Source of the DNA: an uncultured Anaerolineae bacterium
Lineage (GTDB): Bacteria > Chloroflexota > Anaerolineae > CAYYKQ01
Assembly: GCA_964440965.1 (NCBI GenBank)
Contig: CAYYKQ010000001.1
Span: 1 to 60,987, forward strand
DNA length: 60,987 bases
Reading direction: 5' to 3'
Shown here: positions 27,367 to 37,400 of the stretch, in pieces
Layout: each line of letters opens with the position of its first letter
Numbering within the stretch: position 1 is the first letter of the stretch
The notes under the pieces: model-generated
Seen by the model: only the letters and a program-made list of their open reading frames with translations
What the model was told of the DNA's origin: nothing
Databases searched by the model: none
Made by a program: the position numbers and the translations under genes

Positions 27367-27618
27367 CTACATCGAGAACAGGATCCCTATGATCCACCAA
27401 AGCCTCCCCCTCAGTTCCTCGATCTCACTTCTAAGATCCCTGATTTCGGCGCGATTCTCAGAGACATCGTTCCTGAGGTCATCGATCCACTTATCTGTGA
27501 TATCTATGGATCTCCTGAGCTCCTGGAGTATCCCTTTGATCTTCGATAGCCTTTCCCTAATCCCCTCTGGTACTTCCTCCTGCCCTTTCACCTCGGCCAT
27601 GGAGGTTTCTTTTCTCAC
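27367..27618 (-). CDS. Hypothetical coiled-coil protein with C-terminal membrane anchor
   Basis: 83-aa ORF. It is a charged helix ending in LWWIIGILFSM and is the last gene of the lipid operon. Confidence 0.4.
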   Translation of the reverse strand: MRKETSMAEVKGQEEVPEGIRERLSKIKGILQELRRSIDITDKWIDDLRNDVSENRAEIRDLRSEIEELRGRLWWIIGILFSM

Positions 27619-27641
27619 TTTAACACATCTTTTCTAAAAGA

Positions 27642-28697
27642 TTAAGCTTCCAATATCCGCAGCACCCGCTCTTGGATGTCGGGGTTGCGTCGCAGATTGC
27701 CATGGTAGCTGGGCGGGAGGTAGTCGGCTATCTCCAGGGCCTGGGCCTCGGCTAAAGGGACAGCCCTTTCCACATCCAGCCTTAGCTGGCGCTCATACAC
27801 GAAAGGGTAACGGCCAGGCTCGGCGCCAGGGATGGTGGAGGCACTCTCCACAGGCACGATGAGGTCTCCTAAGGAGACCTCATCCCTGTAGGCCGTCAGC
27901 CCCCACAGCCTTAGAACGATAGCGAAGCGGATGTCCCCGTAGAGACAATGGTACTCCACCTCCGTGGGGGTGTTCTCCGGCCGGTTGAGCTCGGCCAGGA
28001 AATCGCTCCCCTCGGCCACCTGGTTCAATGCTGGACTCTCCAGCAGCGAGAGGCGCTCCATCCTCTCCTTAGGGGATAGCTCCCTCGAGGCGGCTATCCG
28101 TCCGTAGAACTCCTCCTGGGCTTTGGCCTGCATCTCCTGGAATCCTGACTCTAATATCCGCACGGCGCTTGCCATCTTCAGAGGGGCGAAGGGGATGCCC
28201 TCGAGCCACTCGATGATCTTCCAGAGGAACGAATCCCTCGGGATGAGGTTGAAAAGCCTCAGGATCCCCAGCCCAAGGTTCGGCGAACCCAATTCGATCA
28301 GCTTCCCCACTCTCAGGCCGTATTGGGCATCCCACAATCCCGCTTTCTGCTGTTTCAGATAATAGCGAGCTACGATCCCTCCTATGCTGTGGGCTACGAT
28401 GTCCACCTTCTCCGGCCCGCCCTTAGCCAGGCTCTTCTCGCTCAGACGGACGATCTGACTTTCCAGATCGCAGGCGGCATGGGAAGGGTACCTGCTGAGA
28501 CGATGGGCGATCTGGGTGATGTCGCCCCGATTGTTGTACCTCCCCTCCTCGTCGTATCCGTAATGGAAGAGGTGGATCAGGTCGGGGTCGAAGTTCCCTT
28601 CCCGCACCAGGAAATCCACGAACCCGTCTTCCACCCAGTTTTGAGGGCTCCCATTGAAGCCGTGGATAAGCATCACAGGATGCAGGACCACGGTCAT
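27642..28697 (-). CDS. Alpha/beta hydrolase (lipase/esterase-like)
   Basis: PVMLIHGFNGSP and nucleophile elbow VAHSIGG. I start at the ATG forming an ATGA overlap with the upstream stop. The tracked ORF extends to 28736. Confidence 0.7.
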   Translation of the reverse strand: MTVVLHPVMLIHGFNGSPQNWVEDGFVDFLVREGNFDPDLIHLFHYGYDEEGRYNNRGDITQIAHRLSRYPSHAACDLESQIVRLSEKSLAKGGPEKVDIVAHSIGGIVARYYLKQQKAGLWDAQYGLRVGKLIELGSPNLGLGILRLFNLIPRDSFLWKIIEWLEGIPFAPLKMASAVRILESGFQEMQAKAQEEFYGRIAASRELSPKERMERLSLLESPALNQVAEGSDFLAELNRPENTPTEVEYHCLYGDIRFAIVLRLWGLTAYRDEVSLGDLIVPVESASTIPGAEPGRYPFVYERQLRLDVERAVPLAEAQALEIADYLPPSYHGNLRRNPDIQERVLRILEA

Positions 28698-29437
28698 CCT
28701 CCAGGCAGAGGGATGAGATCGAGCTGCGGATTCCACATCCTCTCCGGAAGAAGGGAGGCGATACCCCTCATCACCACTTGGGCCAAAGAGGAGTTGAGCT
28801 CAGAGGCCAATCGGTTGATCTCCTCCTTAGTGAGGAGGGGGCCGAAGTGAACGGCAAACTCCCTGCCGATGTTGATCCCCCTGGTGTATCTCCCCTTAGG
28901 TTCGATTCCAATGAGAAATAGCTTGGTGTTGAAGCCCTTCCTCCCAGCGAGCTTCAGGAGGAATTCCACCCCTTTCTGCGGTTGCTGGAGGCGGCCATCC
29001 TCGCTCCGATGGCCCTCCGGGGCAAACAGGATCACCCCGCCGGGCATCGCTAACACCTGATGCGAGGCCTTAACGAATCGGCGATCCAGGGAGAAGATAT
29101 GTTCTGGAGGGTAGAGGTCCCTCTCATAGTGCTGGACTACAGGGAGGATCTGGAGGCCTATGATGGGGGCGAGGCGCATCATCAGGGCGGAAGGGGGGTC
29201 CCTCTTCAGATCCCAATGCCACCTGGAGACAGGGACGATCATCCTCCTGATCCACTTGCCCACTCGGGAGAGGAAGGGGGTGAGGAGGATGGGCAGATCG
29301 TCGTCACAGATATGATTCCAGCAGACGATGGCGGAACCCGTTTCCAGGTGTTCCCTCAGACCTTCGAGGTTTTCCTCCCCGCTGGTTTCGATCCTGTAAA
29401 GCTTTCCGCAGAGGCGACAAAAGAGCTCCCTTCTCAT
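28694..29437 (-). CDS. PlsC-family lysophospholipid acyltransferase
   Basis: NHxxxxD motif as NHICDDD, and FPEGTRS-like motif as FAPEGHRSEDG. Confidence 0.7.
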   Translation of the reverse strand: MRRELFCRLCGKLYRIETSGEENLEGLREHLETGSAIVCWNHICDDDLPILLTPFLSRVGKWIRRMIVPVSRWHWDLKRDPPSALMMRLAPIIGLQILPVVQHYERDLYPPEHIFSLDRRFVKASHQVLAMPGGVILFAPEGHRSEDGRLQQPQKGVEFLLKLAGRKGFNTKLFLIGIEPKGRYTRGINIGREFAVHFGPLLTKEEINRLASELNSSLAQVVMRGIASLLPERMWNPQLDLIPLPGG

Positions 29438-29462
29438 CCCTTCCTCCTTTGCATCCCTAACT

Positions 29463-30374
29463 TTAAACCCCTGCTTTCATGAAGAGCCAGGGGGCCAGGA
29501 AGGCGATGGCCAAGCCCACCAGGCTGTAACGAAGCGTCCTCAGGGCGATGGCCAGGGGATATGCCACTCCGGTTGGGAGCAGCGCCTTCAGCCCAAGGTA
29601 GAAAGTGGCTGCCACCGCCATGCCCAGGACGAACCTGAGTGCCCGCCTCCCCCAGGAACCGTCAACGGTGAACCCGACGTACTTCTCCTCCAGGGTGAAG
29701 CCGACGCTCATCCCCAGGATGGCCCCCATGGTAGTGGCTGCCCTCTTGGCTGGATAGGCCCCTCCGGTGTCCGCTGGATGAAGGAAGAGCAGGGCTAAGG
29801 GGACGATCACCGAGAGGGCCAGCTTGGCTGCCAGCGGAAGGCCGGCCAGCCTCCGCCCTAAAGTCGCGGCCGGTCGGCCGTAGAGGGCCAGGAGGACGAC
29901 GCCCGCCAGCAGGCCACCCACCAGATCCTGAGGGTAGTGTACGCCAAGGTAGAGACGAGAGAAGGCGATGAGGAGGATCAGGACGGCGGCCAGTGCGGTG
30001 AAAGCTCGACGGCGAAATCGAGCGGCAAGGTATCCCCAGTTAGCCACCGCATCCTGGGCATGGCCGCTGGGAAAGGAGGGATCATTCGCTGTCCAGAGGT
30101 GGACGATGCGAGGATCCGAGGGGCGAGGGATGCGGAAGATGAGCTTGAGGACGGAGTTGAGGTAGACGGATGAGAGGGAAACGTAAGCCAGGCCGATCCC
30201 AATGCCCTTGTCCACGCACCAGTAGATGAGGGGCAGGAAAAGGAGGTAGAACTCCTCCTCACCCAGCAAAGTCACACCTCGGAAGAAGAGGTCCAGGAAG
30301 CCGTTGCGGAAGGATTGAGCCCAGATGATGGCCTCCGTCCCCCAGGGGATGAGCGACATCAGAAATTGACCCAT
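29463..30374 (-). CDS. PAP2-family membrane phosphatase
   Basis: All three PAP2 motifs are present: KLIFRIPRP, PSGHAQ and SRLYLGVHYPQD. Polytopic membrane protein. Confidence 0.82.
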   Translation of the reverse strand: MGQFLMSLIPWGTEAIIWAQSFRNGFLDLFFRGVTLLGEEEFYLLFLPLIYWCVDKGIGIGLAYVSLSSVYLNSVLKLIFRIPRPSDPRIVHLWTANDPSFPSGHAQDAVANWGYLAARFRRRAFTALAAVLILLIAFSRLYLGVHYPQDLVGGLLAGVVLLALYGRPAATLGRRLAGLPLAAKLALSVIVPLALLFLHPADTGGAYPAKRAATTMGAILGMSVGFTLEEKYVGFTVDGSWGRRALRFVLGMAVAATFYLGLKALLPTGVAYPLAIALRTLRYSLVGLAIAFLAPWLFMKAGV

Positions 30375-30395
30375 GTGAAATCCCCTTCTGTTGTC

Positions 30396-33380
30396 CTAAA
30401 GTGTGTTCAGAGGGTCGACGTCCACCTGCCATCCCAGAGGAAGGACCATATCCCTAAGGAGAACCTGGGGCTCTGGAGCGCGGATCACGATCTGCCAGCG
30501 ATACCTGCCCCGAACCTTAGAGAAGAAGCAGGGCACAGGACCTATCAGGTCAACACCTGGCAGGCCCAATCTGGCGATTTTGTTGGCCAGGATGCGATAC
30601 ACCCTCTCGGCCTCCTCTTGGCAGCGCTCTCGATTGGAATGGTAATAGACCAGTTTAGCCAGCCGCTTGAAGGGAGGATAGCCATGCTGACGCCTGAACT
30701 CCAGCTCCCTCTCGTAGAAGCCTTGGTAGTCGTGCTGACTGGCCATGCGGATGGAGTAATGCTCGGGGGTATAGGTCTGGATGATGACCTTGCCCCCCAA
30801 GATACTGCGTCCAGCCCTCCCCGCCACCTGGGTCAGAAGCTGGAACGTCCTCTCTGCGGCCCGGAAATCGGGAAGGTGAAGGGCGGTGTCGGCGCTGACC
30901 ACGCCCACCAGGGTGACTAAAGGCAGGTCCAAGCCTTTAGCAATCATCTGGGTGCCGATCAGGACATCGGCCTCATGGTTGACGAAGTCGGCCAGCAACT
31001 CCTCGTGGGAGAGCTTGCCCCCTGTGGTATCCCTGTCCCAGCGCAAGGTGCGGATATGGGGGAAGGACCTTCGCACCGCCGCCTCCACCCTCTGGGTGCC
31101 CAATCCGAAGTACCTTATGCGAGAGCTGCCACAGTTAGGGCAGACCTCGGGCGTGGGGTAGTGCCGGTTGCAGTGGTGGCAGATCAGCTCCTCTTCCGTA
31201 GCATGGTAGGTCAGGGGCACCTCACAGCGGGGGCATTTGAGGACATATCCACAATCGCGGCACATGACGAAGGTGGCTGCCCCCCTCCGATTGAGGAAGA
31301 GGATGACCTGCTGGTTCCTGTCTAAGGTCTCCTTCATGGCCTTTTGGAGGGCCCTGCTGAAGATACTGCGGTTGCCAGCCTTGAGCTCCTGGCGCATGTC
31401 CACCACCTGAACGGGGGGAAGTTCCAGATAGAGGGCATCCTTGTATCCCTCGCCCACCTCCTTGTAGCGCGTTGCCCGCACCTCGTACCTCTCTCTCTGC
31501 TCCTCGATCTTCCTCCTGTGGCCCATGATGCGTTTGGGCAAACGTAGGAGCTTGTACTCCCCCCTCTGGGCGCGATAATAGGAGACCAGGTCGGGGGTGG
31601 CGCTTCCCAGGATGACCACCGAACCGGAGAGCTCGGCCAGCTTAATGGCCACATCGCGGGCGTGGTAGCGCGGCGTCTTCTCCTGCTTATAGGAGTCGGA
31701 ATGCTCCTCATCGACCACGATCAGGCCCAGACGGGGGAGGGGGGCGAAGATGGCGGAGCGTGGGCCGATGACCACATCCGCCAAGCCATCTCTGATGCGA
31801 CGCCATTCATCGTAGCGCTCCCCTGGGGAGAGCTTGCTGTGCAGAACCGCCAGCCGAGCTGGAAATCGGGCGGCGAAGCGGCGGATGGTCTGGGGGGTAA
31901 GGGAGATCTCGGGCACCAGGACGATGGCCTGGCGGCCGAGGGCTAAGACCTCCTCCAGGGCCTGGAGATAGATCTCCGTCTTGCCGCTCCCCGTCACCCC
32001 GTGCAGGAGGGCAACAAAGGGCCGGCCCTTGCCCCTCGCTGTCCGCTGATTTATCATCTCTTTGACCTCTTCCCAAACGGCCTCCTGGTCGGGGGTGAGT
32101 TTCGGAGGAGAGGCCAACACGAATTCCCTCCCCACCAGTGGCCCACGCCATACCTCCATCTCCTCGATGCGCACCAGGTTCCGCTCGGCTAATCTGCGAA
32201 GGTGGTGGAGGGAACAACCCGTCTCGGCGTACACCTCGCTCAGGGGAGCCAACCCCCCTCGCACCCTGAGGAAGTCCAGCACCTTTATGTAGTATCCCAG
32301 CCGGCGAAGCTCGATCAGTTTGTCCTTTAGCGGGTGTGAGAGGCGCAGGATGACCATCCGCTCCTGCTCAATGCGCTGCACGTAGCCCTTCCTCTCCAAT
32401 TCCTTTAACACCGAAGGGGGGCAATCTATTCGGGATACCTCAACCGGGGCCGGTTGAAGGCGTAGGTAGGAGAGCACCTCCGCCTGCTTAGGGGCATTCC
32501 TCAGGTCCTGGGCGATGGCCCGATCCAAGGCCGATGGGGGAATGAGGGGAGCTACTAGTCGGCGTCGCTCGGTGATCTCCACCAAGCCCTTCTCAGCCAG
32601 GGCATAGACCGGGCTCTCAGAGCAACCGGCGCGGGCGAGCACCTCGCTCAGGGTAAGGAGGGGGGGATCGCTGGCCGCCAGGGCCTCCAAAACCTTGGCC
32701 TGCTTGGACGGATAGCCCAGATCGGGCAGCTCCTCGGCTATCTCGTCCTCCTTGGCGATCAAACGCAAAAAGCGCTCCCTCCTGGGTTTCACCTCCGGCT
32801 CGGACAACCCCCAGCGCTTGGTCACGATCCCCCTGCGCTCCAACCCGTCGATCAGGGAGCGTGGTTCGGGGATGCCCAGATCTCGACTGAGGCTCTCCAG
32901 TTCCACTTCGCCCCGGCGGCGCAGGAATTCCACCACGGCGCGCTCCTCCTCGCTCAGGTCGCTGGGGAAGCCCTCCTCTTTCAATTGCACCAGAAGCTTA
33001 GAGCGGCGGGCCAATCCGGGCGGGAGCATCAGGCGAAGGCAATCTCTGAGAGGGGCCAGGTAATAGCTGCTGATCCAGCGGGCCAGTTCGATCTGAACCG
33101 GTGTGAGGACTGGCTTGGGCTCCAGCACCTCCTCGATGTCCCTGGTCTCAGCCACAGGGGAGGTGTCGCTCAGGCCCACCACGATGCCCTGCAGGCTGCG
33201 GGGGCCGAAAGGCACCTTGACCAGTTGACCCACAGCCACGCTGTCCATCAGGTGAGGCGGAATGGAGTAATGAAAGGTCACTGCCAAGGGATTGTAGCCC
33301 TCTTCGCCCTCAGGCTGCTCCTCTTCGGGGAATATCTGCTTGTAGATGGGCACGTCAACCACTACCTCTGCGTACTTCAT
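30396..33380 (-). CDS. priA: Primosomal protein N' (PriA helicase), long form
   Basis: GVTGSGKTE, VVDEEH, and the Cys-rich zinc insert CRDCGYVLKCPRCEVPLTYH...CHHCN...CPNCGS. Extended N-terminal region at 994 aa. Confidence 0.92.
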   Translation of the reverse strand: MKYAEVVVDVPIYKQIFPEEEQPEGEEGYNPLAVTFHYSIPPHLMDSVAVGQLVKVPFGPRSLQGIVVGLSDTSPVAETRDIEEVLEPKPVLTPVQIELARWISSYYLAPLRDCLRLMLPPGLARRSKLLVQLKEEGFPSDLSEEERAVVEFLRRRGEVELESLSRDLGIPEPRSLIDGLERRGIVTKRWGLSEPEVKPRRERFLRLIAKEDEIAEELPDLGYPSKQAKVLEALAASDPPLLTLSEVLARAGCSESPVYALAEKGLVEITERRRLVAPLIPPSALDRAIAQDLRNAPKQAEVLSYLRLQPAPVEVSRIDCPPSVLKELERKGYVQRIEQERMVILRLSHPLKDKLIELRRLGYYIKVLDFLRVRGGLAPLSEVYAETGCSLHHLRRLAERNLVRIEEMEVWRGPLVGREFVLASPPKLTPDQEAVWEEVKEMINQRTARGKGRPFVALLHGVTGSGKTEIYLQALEEVLALGRQAIVLVPEISLTPQTIRRFAARFPARLAVLHSKLSPGERYDEWRRIRDGLADVVIGPRSAIFAPLPRLGLIVVDEEHSDSYKQEKTPRYHARDVAIKLAELSGSVVILGSATPDLVSYYRAQRGEYKLLRLPKRIMGHRRKIEEQRERYEVRATRYKEVGEGYKDALYLELPPVQVVDMRQELKAGNRSIFSRALQKAMKETLDRNQQVILFLNRRGAATFVMCRDCGYVLKCPRCEVPLTYHATEEELICHHCNRHYPTPEVCPNCGSSRIRYFGLGTQRVEAAVRRSFPHIRTLRWDRDTTGGKLSHEELLADFVNHEADVLIGTQMIAKGLDLPLVTLVGVVSADTALHLPDFRAAERTFQLLTQVAGRAGRSILGGKVIIQTYTPEHYSIRMASQHDYQGFYERELEFRRQHGYPPFKRLAKLVYYHSNRERCQEEAERVYRILANKIARLGLPGVDLIGPVPCFFSKVRGRYRWQIVIRAPEPQVLLRDMVLPLGWQVDVDPLNTL

Positions 33381-33424
33381 CTTGCCACCATAGCAGCTCT
33401 AAGGTTTATGCCCTCGCCGCCCAA

Positions 33425-34258
33425 TCACCCCGATCTGTAGATGGCCGCTGCCATGTAGCCCACCACGCTGGAGAGGTCGCCTGTCACATCGCCGGAGTTA
33501 GCGTATTTGAGGACCTTGGCTTTATCAGCTCCTAATGCCCGAGCAGCCAGCATCACTGCCACCACGGGGCCACCTCCACAGGCCTCGCACTTGCCAGCCC
33601 TCATGTCCCTCATCAGCCCTTCCGGGTCATACCTTTCGACGTCCTCCAGAACGACCTTGTCCATCCGCACAGCTGTGCTGTAGGGATAGAAGTGGGATAG
33701 GTCGGTGCTGGCCACGATAAGGGCTTCCTTCCCCTTCAATGCCTCCGTCAGGGCCTTGCCCAAGGTCTGACAGGAGGACATGGACTGATCGCCCATCATG
33801 ATAGGAATGAGCTTAAAGCCACCCAGCATCCTCTGCAGGAAGGGGAGTTGGATCTCCAAGGAGTGTTCGTTGTCCCTCTCTAAGCGGTTCAGCCCTATCG
33901 CCTCGTCTATGGCGTCCACCAGTTCGCCGTCGACCTCCACCAGGCCGAGGGGAGTTTCGTAGTAAGCCTTATCGGTGACTGCGAAGCGCCCTACGTACAT
34001 GCGGTGGACGGGGGAGATGACGGCCACTCTCTCGAAGCTCAGCCCCTCCAGCTGCTTGTAGGCATAGGCTGCCACCTGTCCCGAATAGATGTAGCCTGCA
34101 TGGGGGGCGATGAGCCCCATAAGTTTTCCCTCCAGCTCCTCCCTCTCGGCCCTGGCCAGGAAGCCATCCAGCATCTGCTCCAGCTCGTCCTTTGTGCCTG
34201 GGTACCAGCTGCCGGCGATGACCGAGCGGCGGATCTCGCTCGCCTTCACCTCTTCCAT
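33425..34258 (-). CDS. AmmeMemoRadiSam system protein B (Memo-like)
   Basis: AGSWYPG, IAPHAGYIYSG, DLSHFY and CGGGPV. Confidence 0.85.
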   Translation of the reverse strand: MEEVKASEIRRSVIAGSWYPGTKDELEQMLDGFLARAEREELEGKLMGLIAPHAGYIYSGQVAAYAYKQLEGLSFERVAVISPVHRMYVGRFAVTDKAYYETPLGLVEVDGELVDAIDEAIGLNRLERDNEHSLEIQLPFLQRMLGGFKLIPIMMGDQSMSSCQTLGKALTEALKGKEALIVASTDLSHFYPYSTAVRMDKVVLEDVERYDPEGLMRDMRAGKCEACGGGPVVAVMLAARALGADKAKVLKYANSGDVTGDLSSVVGYMAAAIYRSG

Positions 34259-34396
34259 CGAAGCCTCCTCGGTTTACTAAAACGACGCCAAACTGTGGTC
34301 ATACGACCGCCTTACCGATCGAACCCGAGGGTTTTCGAAGCAACCACTCCACTTTGGATTATATCACGAAAAGCCCTCCCTGACCAACGGGTGGAT

Positions 34397-34425
34397 TTGA
34401 CAGCCTCGCTTAAGCATTGCATAAT
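34397..34425 (+). promoter_or_regulatory. Near-consensus sigma-70 promoter for nfo
   Basis: TTGACA, 17 nt, CATAAT, about 20 nt upstream of the nfo ATG. SD ggagggg lies in between. Confidence 0.55.
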
Positions 34426-34444
34426 GGGTTCGGAGGGGAGCATC

Positions 34445-35278
34445 ATGCCTCTGGGCGCTCAGGTATCCATCGCAGGAGGGGTGGACAAAGCCGTTTTACG
34501 GGGGTGGGAGCTGGGCTGCGAGACCATCCAGATCTTCACTAAAAATTCCCGGCAGTGGCATACCAGACCTCTGAGCGAGGGGGAGATCAAGCGCTTCCAG
34601 CTCAATCTGAGGAAGACGGGCATCGCCCCCGTCGTCGCCCACGATTCCTACCTCATCAATTTGAGCTCGCCTGAGGAGGACCTCTGGCGGAGGTCGGTGG
34701 AGGCGTTCATCGAGGAGATGGCCCGCTGTGAGGCCCTGGGCATCCCCTACCTGGTAGCCCATCCTGGCTCTCACAAAGGGGCAGGGGAAGAGGAGGGGCT
34801 GCGGAGGATAGCCGAGGCCCTGGAAGAGATACGTGCCCGCACCGAGGGCTTCCGGGTCCAGGTGCTCCTGGAGAACACCGCCGGCCAGGGGACGAGCTTA
34901 GGTTACCGCTTCGAGCACTTGGCCAGGCTGGTGGAGGATGACCGGAGCTTAGGGATCTGCTTCGACACCTGCCATGCCTTTGCCGCAGGGTATGAACTGC
35001 GCACGAAGGAAGGGTATGAGAGGACGTTGCGGGAGCTCGATGAATTGATCGGCCTCCATCGTCTGAAGGTATTGCACCTTAACGATTCCAGGGGGGGATT
35101 GGGAAGCCGCATCGACAGGCACGAGCACATCGGCCTGGGGTGCCTGGGTTTGGAGCCCTTTAGGATGCTCGTGAATGATGAGCGGTTCCGCTCCCTACCC
35201 ATGATCCTGGAGACGCCGAAGGGGCATGGAATGGACATCAGAAACCTGACCGTCCTGCGGAGCCTGATTAAGGCATGA
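34445..35278 (+). CDS. nfo: Deoxyribonuclease IV (endonuclease IV)
   Basis: MPLGAQVSIAGG, AHDSYLINL, HPGSH, LENTAGQG, CFDTCHAFAAGY and HLNDS. The tracked ORF's long N-terminal extension is antisense to the Memo-like gene and is discarded. Confidence 0.92.
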   Translation: MPLGAQVSIAGGVDKAVLRGWELGCETIQIFTKNSRQWHTRPLSEGEIKRFQLNLRKTGIAPVVAHDSYLINLSSPEEDLWRRSVEAFIEEMARCEALGIPYLVAHPGSHKGAGEEEGLRRIAEALEEIRARTEGFRVQVLLENTAGQGTSLGYRFEHLARLVEDDRSLGICFDTCHAFAAGYELRTKEGYERTLRELDELIGLHRLKVLHLNDSRGGLGSRIDRHEHIGLGCLGLEPFRMLVNDERFRSLPMILETPKGHGMDIRNLTVLRSLIKA

Positions 35279-35533
35279 AGCTTAGGCTAAGGAGGCCAGC
35301 CGGATAAAAAGCCGTTCGCCTGGCCAAGCCAATCGGGCGGATGGCTCTTCCTGTGCACGGCCTTGTCCATGCCCTTCTCCCCCGCGGATTGCCCGCTTTA
35401 GGCACCCTTGGCAATTCTATACTATTCTCTCAGGCAGGTTTATCAAATTTCATCGGGGAATCAGAGCGGTTTTCAAAAGTTCGGGTTTTATGGTATAATA
35501 GCTTATGATCCTTTCAGCTTGGAAGATTGGCCT

Positions 35534-36271
35534 ATGCCTTTTCCCTCGATCGCCCGCTACTACATCTGGATACAGGGTGCTTGCTTAGCAGCCCTTCTGA
35601 TCGCCATCTTGGCCACCATCAAAGCTTATGTGGCATCGAAGAGGGCCGTTTACTTCTTTTCACGGGAGGCAGCAGCTATCAAGGCCGGCCGTTTTGCGCT
35701 GGTAACGCTCCTCCTGGTGGCGGTCAACGTGGGCATGGCCCTGCAGTTGCCCAGAGAGGCCCCTCGCCCTATGGCTACCCCCACTCTTACCTTAACCCCT
35801 ACTTTCACCCCCTCCCCCACCTTCACCCCCAGGCCGACAGTTACTCCAACCTTTACACTTACTCCCACGTCCACTCCCACCCCTACGCCTCAGCTCCCCA
35901 CTTCGGCCCGCACTCCTATCCCGGGGGCCTTGCCCCCTGGGCCCAGTGCCTCCTTCGACGGGATAATCCTGGCTAAAGGGGTGACCGAAGATAACCTCCC
36001 TGTGGAGCCATGCACGGTGTTCCCCGAGGGGACGAAGAGAGTTTACGCCTTCTTCAAGTACTCAGGGATGGCCAAGGGGGTGGTCTGGACGCAAGCCTGG
36101 TATAAAGAGGGAGAGGAAATCTGGAGCCATACGAAGAAGTGGCGGCTCAGGGAGAAGGGCCTCGCCTGGATTTTCCTGGAGTCCTCGAAGGGCCTTGCGG
36201 CCGGGGAGTATGAGGTGAGACTCTACATCGGCGATAAACTGCAGCAGAAGGCGACCTTTACTGTGCGCTGA
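35534..36271 (+). CDS. Membrane-anchored protein with PT-rich linker and C-terminal globular domain
   Basis: Two TM helices, then TPTLTLTPTFTPSPTFTPRPTVTPTFTLTPTSTPTPTP, then a roughly 110-aa domain. I chose the ATG start before the first TM helix. Confidence 0.5.
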   Translation: MPFPSIARYYIWIQGACLAALLIAILATIKAYVASKRAVYFFSREAAAIKAGRFALVTLLLVAVNVGMALQLPREAPRPMATPTLTLTPTFTPSPTFTPRPTVTPTFTLTPTSTPTPTPQLPTSARTPIPGALPPGPSASFDGIILAKGVTEDNLPVEPCTVFPEGTKRVYAFFKYSGMAKGVVWTQAWYKEGEEIWSHTKKWRLREKGLAWIFLESSKGLAAGEYEVRLYIGDKLQQKATFTVR

Positions 36272-36284
36272 GGGAGGCGATGGC

Positions 36285-37391
36285 TTGCGGGCAGCGCTGG
36301 TGCACGATTGGCTCAACCAAAGGGGGGGAGCGGAGGAGGTCTTAGAGACATTAGTGGAGATGTACCCTGATGCGCCCATCTACACCTCCATCTACCGGCC
36401 GGAGCTTATGCCCAAGGGGTACCGAGATTGGGATATCCGCACCTCCTTCATGGACAGAGTTCCCCTCATCAAAAGCCACCATCGTCTCTTCTTCTTCCTC
36501 TATCCCCTGGCCTTCGAGGGCTTCGAGCTGGCCGATTGCGAGCTGGTGATCTCCAACAAAAGCGCCTTCTGCCACGGAGTCATCACCCCTCCCGAAGCCC
36601 TGCACATCTGCTACTGCCTGACCACCACCCGCTTCCTCTGGGATTATCACGTTTACATCAAGCGCGAGCGGATAGGGAGGATCGCCCGCCTGGCCCTGCC
36701 GCCCTTGGTGAGCCTCCTCAGGCTGTGGGATTATGTCGCTGCCCAGAGGGTGGACCATTTTGTGGCCATCTCGGAGACGGTGCGCCGCCGCATCGCCAAG
36801 TTCTACGGCCGAGACTCGGTGGTCATCCATCCCCCGGTGGATACATCCAGGTACGAACCGGCCTCGAGCCACGACGACTACTTCCTCATCGTCTCCAGGC
36901 TGATCCCCTACAAGCGCATCGATATAGCCGTCAGGGCCTTCAATCGGCTGGGGCTGCCCCTGGTGATAGTCGGCGATGGGAGGGATCGAAGCTCCTTAGA
37001 GGCCATGGCCAAGCCCAACATCCGCTTCCTGGGCCGGTTGCCGGAGGAGGAGGTGAGGGAGGTCATGGCCCGCTGCAGGGCCTTCATCTTCCCTGGGCGG
37101 GAGGACTTCGGGATCGCTCCGGTGGAGGCCCAGGCGGCCGGCAGGCCGGTGATAGCTTACGCCGCCGGAGGGGCCTTGGACACCGTCGTGGAGGGGGTGA
37201 CGGGGGCCTTCTTCCACGAGCAAACACCTGAGGCCCTGGCCAGGGTGGTCGAGGAGTTCGACGACACCTGCTATGATCCCCTCGCCATTCGCCGAAATGC
37301 GGAGAGGTTTGACAAAGAGGTGTTCAAACGGCGGTTCAGGCGGTTCGTCGAGGAAAAGCTGGCTGAGCATCGCAGGCGAATCCGCCGTTAA
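36285..37391 (+). CDS. Glycosyltransferase family 4
   Basis: ALVHDWL and the E-x7-E region EDFGIAPVEAQAAGRPVIA. TTG start with SD gggagg. Confidence 0.85.
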   Translation: MRAALVHDWLNQRGGAEEVLETLVEMYPDAPIYTSIYRPELMPKGYRDWDIRTSFMDRVPLIKSHHRLFFFLYPLAFEGFELADCELVISNKSAFCHGVITPPEALHICYCLTTTRFLWDYHVYIKRERIGRIARLALPPLVSLLRLWDYVAAQRVDHFVAISETVRRRIAKFYGRDSVVIHPPVDTSRYEPASSHDDYFLIVSRLIPYKRIDIAVRAFNRLGLPLVIVGDGRDRSSLEAMAKPNIRFLGRLPEEEVREVMARCRAFIFPGREDFGIAPVEAQAAGRPVIAYAAGGALDTVVEGVTGAFFHEQTPEALARVVEEFDDTCYDPLAIRRNAERFDKEVFKRRFRRFVEEKLAEHRRRIRR

Positions 37392-37400
37392 AGGGGCCTT

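Noticed and set aside
33425-34258. Pairing the Memo-like AmmeMemoRadiSam B protein with the radical SAM gene at 49564.
   Set aside because: The two are 15 kb apart on opposite strands. The rSAM is of the B12-binding class, not the small activase type that accompanies this system. No AMMECR1-like gene is present in the window.
34004-34444. N-terminal extensions of tracked ORFs: nfo (34004), Wzz copy 2 (40482), the DUF499 gene (50948), the rSAM gene (49531), the hydrolase (28736) and the four-helix-bundle gene (527).
   Set aside because: The extensions overlap upstream genes or repeats and lack homology-like sequence. Internal starts have good SD sequences and match family N-termini.
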